A DNA stretch of 62,446 bases, counting the filler, from Stramenopiles sp. TOSAG23-6 (lineage: Eukaryota), in assembly GCA_900128565.1 (NCBI GenBank). It is 13 parts of 13 records of this genome, joined end to end, with 100 filler letters (N's around TTAATTAATTAA, not from the genome) between each part and the next. Parts side by side here need not be neighbours in the genome. Positions count along the whole stretch, not along the records: positions 57,753 to 62,446 come from LT637082.1; 12 more parts are not named here. One strand, 5' to 3'. The notes below the pieces were generated by a model. That model had not been told where the DNA came from. It made no database searches and worked only from the letters and a program-made list of their open reading frames with translations. The position numbers and the translations under genes are program-made. Every line of letters starts with the position of its first letter. The first letter of the stretch is position 1. Positions 58,603-62,446 of this stretch are shown piece after piece.

Positions 58603-59667
58603 CTAGTCTTCTTGTAGATTTACCCATCTCAATACTCGCATTAACTCTTGAATACGATCGACATTGTCAACCATTTGTTGACATACACGTATTATGAAAA
58701 AATATTTCAAAAAAAAATTCGTTAGGTACAAAATTTCGTATGAAAACAAAATTAAATTAGAAATTCATATAAAACATACACTATCAAGAACTGTGGCTTT
58801 ATGCCATGGACAAGGTGGATTTTGACCTCTTAACCATTGTAATATTTCTAAATGACCATGCATAGCTGCCATACTACACAGAGCGCCATTCCATGGGCAT
58901 GGAGGATTTTGGCTTCTTAACCATTGTAACATAAGAAGATTGCCTTTCATCACAGATACAAAGCAGGTATTTCGATCCCATGGACAAGGTGGATTTTGAT
59001 TTCTTAACCATTGTAATACTTCTAAATTACCACTACGAGCTGCATTGGTACACACTCTTTCACTCCAGGGGCACGGTGGATTTTGAGTTCTTAACCATCG
59101 TAACATTTCTAAGTTACCACTCAGAGCGGCATAATTACATGCATCTTCATCCCATGGGCAAGGCGGATTTTGACTTCTTAACCATCGTAATGTTTCAAAT
59201 TTGTTATCCAATGCTGCTATACGACATGCATCTGCATTCCATGGACAAGGTGGATCTTGGCTTCTTAACCACAGTAATATTTCAAAGTTACCACTCCCAA
59301 TTGCTTCGGTACACACACTCTCATCCCACGGACATGGCGGTGTTTGACTTCTTACCCATTTTAATACTTCTAACTGACCCTTTTCAGCTGCATACGTACA
59401 TGATTCACCCCACGGGCAAGGTGGTTTCCGACTTCTTAACCATTTTAAAAAGTCCAAGTCACCTTCCTCAGATGCTTTACAACACGTCACTCTACCCCAA
59501 TCAGCACCCACCAACCAAGGCCGTTGCGAATCATTTGAAACAACTCTACCTGAGAGTCTGTCTTTTAGACATAAATAGCTGGTAATTATAACTGCTGGAC
59601 CTAGCCCACTTAGTACCAGTTGTAGAACCTCTTCTTCGTGCTTTGTTCGCTTTCGTTGTAAAGACAT
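58603..59667 (-). CDS. Ankyrin-like 'WLRSQNPPCPW' repeat protein, 2 exons
   Basis: About 9 repeats of C..AA..G.LE.L.WLR.QNPPCPW. Intron 58779-58687 extends the CDS to a stop at 58603. Confidence 0.85.
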
Positions 59668-59919
59668 TATAATTGCAGACTTATGAAGTCACTTGTTACA
59701 AGAAAGGAGGAGAAACAACTGTGTCCAATCAATTCTCTTTTTAGCAGAATAGCAGAATTGCAAAAATCAAATCTGACTGACAAAACCCTAACCCTTATAT
59801 ATAAATCCCAATCTAAATCAATCGTACGTATTATTTGATTATTTTTTTTTATTATTATTCAGAAACATGAATGTATGGCTAATCTGGGCATAAAATGAAA
59901 AAGATGCTTTGAATCATGA

Positions 59920-60705
59920 TTACTTTTTTTGTTTTCTATTTTCTTTACAGTATGGTTTATGTCTTTGCCAATCATTTCTCTGACAGATTTCGGAGCAGTA
60001 CAAAGCACCCCGACATTTTGAACACATTTTAAATTTTTTGTGTGTATCTTCTTTGTAGCACACTTTGCAATGATAAACTTTAAATTGAGACAAACATAAC
60101 CGCGTTTCAAAATCTGTTTCTTCAGTGACTTGCTTTCGACATTTTTTTATAAGTTTTCTATTTTCTTCGAAATCTCGAGAAACACCATAACCATTTGAAT
60201 AACAAACGCCAAGATTTAACTGAGCATTCATATTGCCTTGTTTTGCAGATAATTTATACCATTTTATAGCTTTTTTGTAACTTTGAAGTACACCAAAACC
60301 AGTTTCGTAACAACTGCCGATGCTAAATTGGGCCCGGTCAAAGCCTTGTTTGGCAGATTTTCCCCACCAGTATGCTGCCTTTTCTGCACATTTCGTTACT
60401 CCATGAGCATTTTCATAGCAACTACCTAAATTATATTGTGCTTTCATGTGACCTTGAACCGCAGCCTTTTCCCACAACATAGCTGCAAGCACATAGTTCC
60501 TTTCAACGCCTTGACTTTGATGATATGCTGTACCAAGAAAATATTGTGCATACATATCATTTTTCTTTACCTGAGACTTCAACTGTCTTATATCGGCAAG
60601 GTCATAGACCTGTTGTTTCCCAATTAGCCGTTGTTGGTCTTTAATGGACACATGGTAGTCTTCATTGTCATATTTAATGACCATTTGGAAGTCTTTATTG
60701 TCCAC
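59920..60705 (-). CDS. Sel1-repeat + MYND zinc-finger protein
   Basis: Four Sel1 repeats followed by CKVC...CSKC....YCS..CQ..DW..HK..C; start codon uncertain. Confidence 0.85.
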   Translation of the reverse strand: MDNKDFQMVIKYDNEDYHVSIKDQQRLIGKQQVYDLADIRQLKSQVKKNDMYAQYFLGTAYHQSQGVERNYVLAAMLWEKAAVQGHMKAQYNLGSCYENAHGVTKCAEKAAYWWGKSAKQGFDRAQFSIGSCYETGFGVLQSYKKAIKWYKLSAKQGNMNAQLNLGVCYSNGYGVSRDFEENRKLIKKCRKQVTEETDFETRLCLSQFKVYHCKVCYKEDTHKKFKMCSKCRGALYCSEICQRNDWQRHKPYCKENRKQKK

Positions 60706-60951
60706 TTATTTGTCTTTTTTTTCTATCCTTTGCGCGCAGAGGAACCACTTGGAGTTGTGACGAGGGAACGAGCGTATTGAGCGTATTTTTCGAAACCAAA
60801 ACGAACTAAATTCGAAATTGGTCAAAATATAACAGTTCTAGCTAAAACACGTGTTCAAAGTGCTCTCTAATCCACTCGATCTGGATTAAGTGCCTCCTTA
60901 ACTCGCCAAGCAACACGCCGAATACACTTCGATATAATCTTTACTTTTAGA

Positions 60952-61854
60952 ATGCCCGACGGAATCGCACCAATATTAAAACCATATATATGTGGTGGAT
61001 CTTCTGCTATGTTTGCCTCTGCTTGTATTCATCCAATTGATTTAACAAAGGTGAGGTTGCAACTCATTGGAGAGGGTACCAAAGGCGTTCCCCGTCCTTC
61101 GGCAATCGCTGTCATGAAAATGGTTGCTGAGAAGGAAGGTGTCCGGGCTCTTTATTCTGGATTAAGTGCCTCCTTAACTCGCCAAGCAACATATGGTACT
61201 GCGCGTATTGGATTACACACTGCTTTTTCAGAAAAGTTGAAGGAACGGAACGGTGGTGGTCCTATTCCACTCATCCAGAAGTTTGGTTCCAGTTTTGTTT
61301 CTGGTGCTATAGCTTCTATGATTGGAAATCCTTTTGATGTAGCATTAGTTCGCATGCAGTCTGATGGCTTGAAAGTTGCATCTGAACGCAGAGGTTACAG
61401 TGGTGTTTTTAATGCTGTATTCCGTATTATAAAAGAAGAAGGGTTTTTTTCGCTGTATCACGGCTATCCCCCAACTTTACTACGTGCAATTGCGATGAAT
61501 GTAGGTATGATGATGACTTATGATCAAGTGAAAGAAACTGTCACGGATTTAAATGGAGATGGACTTTCAACACAACTTATTTCTTCCGCAGGTGCTGGAT
61601 TCGCGTGTGCTTTTTTATCTCTTCCCTTTGATTTGATGAAAACACGGTTACAGAATATGAAGATGGACCCTGTCACAAAGAAGATGCCTTACACAGGTTT
61701 AGCAAACTGTTTTACCACTATTTTAAGGAAAGAAGGAGTTTTTTCTTTCTGGCGCGGTTTCGGAGCTTTTTATAGTCGATGTGCTCCTCATGCAATGATT
61801 ATACTTATGATCCGAGAAAGATTGACTAATTTGTATGAGCAAACTTTATGCTAG
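60952..61854 (+). CDS. SLC25A11: Mitochondrial 2-oxoglutarate/malate (dicarboxylate) carrier
   Basis: Three PxDxxKxR signatures (PIDLTKVR, PFDVALVR, PFDLMKTR); GLSA.L.RQATY.TAR.G; R..PH. Confidence 0.88.
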   Translation: MPDGIAPILKPYICGGSSAMFASACIHPIDLTKVRLQLIGEGTKGVPRPSAIAVMKMVAEKEGVRALYSGLSASLTRQATYGTARIGLHTAFSEKLKERNGGGPIPLIQKFGSSFVSGAIASMIGNPFDVALVRMQSDGLKVASERRGYSGVFNAVFRIIKEEGFFSLYHGYPPTLLRAIAMNVGMMMTYDQVKETVTDLNGDGLSTQLISSAGAGFACAFLSLPFDLMKTRLQNMKMDPVTKKMPYTGLANCFTTILRKEGVFSFWRGFGAFYSRCAPHAMIILMIRERLTNLYEQTLC

Positions 61855-62379
61855 AGACTTTAGTCAGAATTTTTGAAGAATGAAATATGAATGAAATATG
61901 AATAAACTTTATGCCACATCCCGAACCGTAATGAACTTCATACCACAACTTATTTCATTTAAATATTTTTAAAAATATGTAGCGCGTTTTTTACGTTTTT
62001 TTGTATCAATAAAATTCAGTAGACATTTATTTATCATAAAATATTTAGAAAAAAAACACAAGCACCTAATCATGATTTCTAATAAAATATTCAAATATCA
62101 AACACAAGCATTTAATCATGCATTTATTGCTTGTATAGGTTATATGTAACACATCACGTGGGTGACCAAGCACCTAATCTAGTATCAAACACAAGCCGTA
62201 GTTCATTCATATATCGTTTGTAGTTTTTTGCTTCTATATGTTTTAATATCTCACAAATGATCAAAACAAAAAAGGGACAAATGTAATGTAAAGACATATT
62301 CTAAGAAATATATTCGTTTGTTATAGAATTTGGTATGAAAAAGTAATTAGGGTTTCAAAAGTACATTTAAAAATTAAAA

Positions 62380-62446
62380 ATTGAAATGAATATTGAAATG
62401 AATATTGAAATGAATATTGAAATGAATATTGAAATGAATATTGAAA
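62380..62446 (+). repeat. 12-bp minisatellite (ATTGAAATGAAT)n
   Basis: About 5.5 tandem copies running to the window end. Confidence 0.9.

Larger units (their letters stand above)
22..58779. repeat. Dispersed intron-core repeat TTTTTCRTAYGAAATTTTGTACCTAAC
   Basis: Roughly 50 copies counted by eye, almost always in sense orientation inside introns. It explains the recurrent spurious peptides SYEILYLT, RTKFCT and RNFVPN in the ORF track. Confidence 0.95.

Noticed and set aside
22-58779. Palindromic ~27-nt repeat as a CRISPR repeat
   Set aside because: The copies are dispersed, irregularly spaced and intronic in a eukaryote, with no spacer array or cas genes.

Overview
This window is not one locus. 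It is 13 unrelated ~4.7-kb contigs, sorted by decreasing length and joined by 100-nt N/TTAATTAATTAA spacers, from an AT-rich microbial eukaryote using the standard genetic code (probably a marine protist single-cell or metagenome assembly; stramenopile affinity is only an inference). Recognisable genes are TRM10, organellar TrpRS, RanBPM-like, Mak21/CEBPZ, LAMTOR2, an IP3-receptor-like channel, phosphonopyruvate decarboxylase, CABIN1, gamma-SNAP, a CobW-like protein, a TLC protein, VPS26C, DGAT2, a 2-oxoglutarate/malate carrier, a kinase, several ankyrin/Sel1 proteins and a Crypton-like tyrosine-recombinase element. The main signal is the intron system. Nearly all introns belong to one ~90-300 nt family with the layout GTAYGTTTT(CATCATGAATTTC)...TTTTTCRTAYGAAATTTTGTACCTAAC...TTTTGAAATATTTTTCCAAAATACAT. 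In most reconstructable cases conserved protein motifs are restored only by splicing at a non-canonical AT 3' end (GT-AT, sometimes GC-AT), and many of these introns contain no AG at all. Short inverted termini, junction-spanning direct repeats and antisense copies inside exons suggest an introner-like mobile origin. Splicing was inferred by hand from protein homology and needs RNA evidence.
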